A program made the position numbers and the translations under genes. Shown piece by piece: positions 62,578 through 64,000 of a stretch of 64,000 bases of DNA. How positions within the stretch are numbered: position 1 is the first letter of the stretch; every line of letters begins with the position of its first letter. The stretch is from an uncultured Spirochaetota bacterium (GTDB lineage: Bacteria; Spirochaetota; Spirochaetia; SZUA-6; Fen-1364). Below the pieces are notes generated by a model. It was given only the letters and a program-made list of their open reading frames with translations, made no database searches and was not told where the DNA came from. Where the stretch lies: assembly GCA_963845535.1 (NCBI GenBank), contig CAWJSK010000002.1, forward strand, positions 32,001 through 96,000, read 5' to 3'.

Positions 62578-63078
62578 ATGGACAGGCTTCTCGACTTGTT
62601 TGCGGGAATCCTCGATGACCCGGGACTGGACCTTGTCCAGCGGGTGCAGGAGTGCGCGCGGGCCGCTACGGCAGTCGGCGTTCCCCCGAGCTACCTGGAG
62701 GAGTTTGCCCGTTTCGTGGAGACCTCTGATCCACGGGAAATCATTGAGATCTACAAGACTCGTGGACCGACCATCGGGCAGCAATTGTACGGCGAGGGCT
62801 ATGGCCGCAGCATGCTGATCATGGATCTGCAGAAGAGATACAAGAGATACGGTTTCGAGTCCGGGGACGAACCTGCGGACAACCTTGCCGTCTTGTTGAG
62901 GTTCCTCTCCGAATGCGACGACCCGGCGGAGCGGGACGAGCTGTCCCGTGAAGTCCTGGTACCCGGTCTGGAGGCAATGATCACGGCAGGCGGCGGTGAG
63001 GAGTCACCGGCGGTTGGGCCGTTTCTGCCGCTCTTGCGGGCCCTGAGCGCGGCCCTCAGGGAGCAGGTGGGAAGTTAG
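62578..63078 (+). CDS. NarJ/TorD-like molybdoenzyme maturation chaperone
   Basis: LYGEGYGRSMLIMDLQKRYKRYGF...EPADNLAVLLRFL. Confidence 0.7.
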   Translation: MDRLLDLFAGILDDPGLDLVQRVQECARAATAVGVPPSYLEEFARFVETSDPREIIEIYKTRGPTIGQQLYGEGYGRSMLIMDLQKRYKRYGFESGDEPADNLAVLLRFLSECDDPAERDELSREVLVPGLEAMITAGGGEESPAVGPFLPLLRALSAALREQVGS

Positions 63079-63676
63079 CACCGCCCGCCCCACGGTACTC
63101 GTCGGGATCGTTTACACTTTTCAACTCTGCAGGGTTCACGGGTTCAACCAGCTTGATGGGGACGTCTCTCAACAGCATCAAGCTGTAGCGCTTTCCTGCC
63201 TTGGCCTCACGAAGCACCGGAAAGATGCGCGGCTCGTAGATGGCGCAGACGGGCTCGGGCCTGTCCGTTTCCGGGTTCCGATAGGCGGTGGCAAAAGCTT
63301 CAGGGTCACGGCGTTTCACAAGCCGGCGAAGGGCGGCCTCTGACAAGAAGGGCATATCCACCGCTACGACCAGCCAGGCGCACGTCGGGGCTTCCTGAAA
63401 AGCGGAAAGCAGCCCTTCGAGCGGGCCGATCCCCTCTTCCTTGTCCGGCAAAAGGCGAAGCCCTTTGAAGGCGGGCTGATCTATCTGCTCGCGCCGAACG
63501 GACACGAACACAGGAGCGCAAAGCCGTTCGAGCATGCCGGCAACCCGCCGCACCTGCGGCCCGTCCCCGAAGCTCATCAAGGCTTTGTCGAAGCCCATGC
63601 GCGTGCTCGCTCCTCCGGCGAGCACAAGAGATCGAATGTCGGAAACGCGCGGGAGCGCGGCAAGCCGGACTGTCAT
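63056..63676 (-). CDS. mobA: Molybdenum cofactor guanylyltransferase
   Basis: LAGGASTRMGFDKA, GPLEG, VAVDMPF, SVNDP. Confidence 0.9.
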   Translation of the reverse strand: MTVRLAALPRVSDIRSLVLAGGASTRMGFDKALMSFGDGPQVRRVAGMLERLCAPVFVSVRREQIDQPAFKGLRLLPDKEEGIGPLEGLLSAFQEAPTCAWLVVAVDMPFLSEAALRRLVKRRDPEAFATAYRNPETDRPEPVCAIYEPRIFPVLREAKAGKRYSLMLLRDVPIKLVEPVNPAELKSVNDPDEYRGAGGANFPPAP

Positions 63677-64000
63677 CCCAGCTTGAACTTTTCCTTGATG
63701 GCGTCCAGCTCCTGCGGGCCAATCCTTTGGACGCTTCCGAGCTTGGCCGCGTTGAGGATGGCGTTGGCGCTGAACTCCGCCACCTCCAGCCTGTCATAGG
63801 CCTCGGTAAGGTTCCTGCCCGTGGTGAGGATTGCATCGTTTTGGAGCAGCACGACGGGCGTCCGCGGGGATATCTCTGCCGCAAGGCGCTTCTCATCAGT
63901 GAACTGGCGGCCAAAGGCGATGAGCGGCATGTCGCGCAGCTCGATGTAGCTCTCCGGAATGATGGCGCTTTCCAGCGGAGTGCCCGTCACGGTGAACGCA
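63673..64000 (-). CDS. Class II aldolase/adducin family protein, C-terminal part
   Basis: IIPESYIELRD, VLLQND, AYDRLEVAEFSA; 5' end lies outside the window. Confidence 0.65.
   Translation of the reverse strand, partial: AFTVTGTPLESAIIPESYIELRDMPLIAFGRQFTDEKRLAAEISPRTPVVLLQNDAILTTGRNLTEAYDRLEVAEFSANAILNAAKLGSVQRIGPQELDAIKEKFKLG

Overview
High-GC bacterial chromosomal region, plausibly from a free-living spirochaete-like genome (inference only). Many single-base frameshifts, even in gltB, look like long-read or assembly errors. The flanks are ordinary. Left flank: RND permease, HisJ-type PHP phosphatase, hrpB, trxA, SDR/MFS/XRE, gltBD and a hybrid kinase/HD-GYP set. Right flank: DUF2089-pentapeptide-ABC cluster, MFS/MarR, spermidine-synthase-like protein plus PCMT, ECF sigma/anti-sigma, ppc, narJ-like and mobA. 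Between about 24.9 and 41.3 kb lies a visibly lower-GC, minus-strand integron-type cassette array with no integrase in the window. It has two clean attC sites (24883-24999, 38291-38409), two degenerate ones and an attI-like left boundary. Its cargo, in array order: a HEPN/DUF3644 gene split by an IS5-family element; a GT25-sulfotransferase-like-GH16 fusion coupled to a GT32-like DXD glycosyltransferase; a translationally coupled DruA(DUF4338)-NurA-HerA operon; a RelE/Phd toxin-antitoxin pair whose toxin is split by an IS21; and a secreted SH3b protein. The DruA-NurA-HerA operon is the best candidate for an undescribed anti-phage system.
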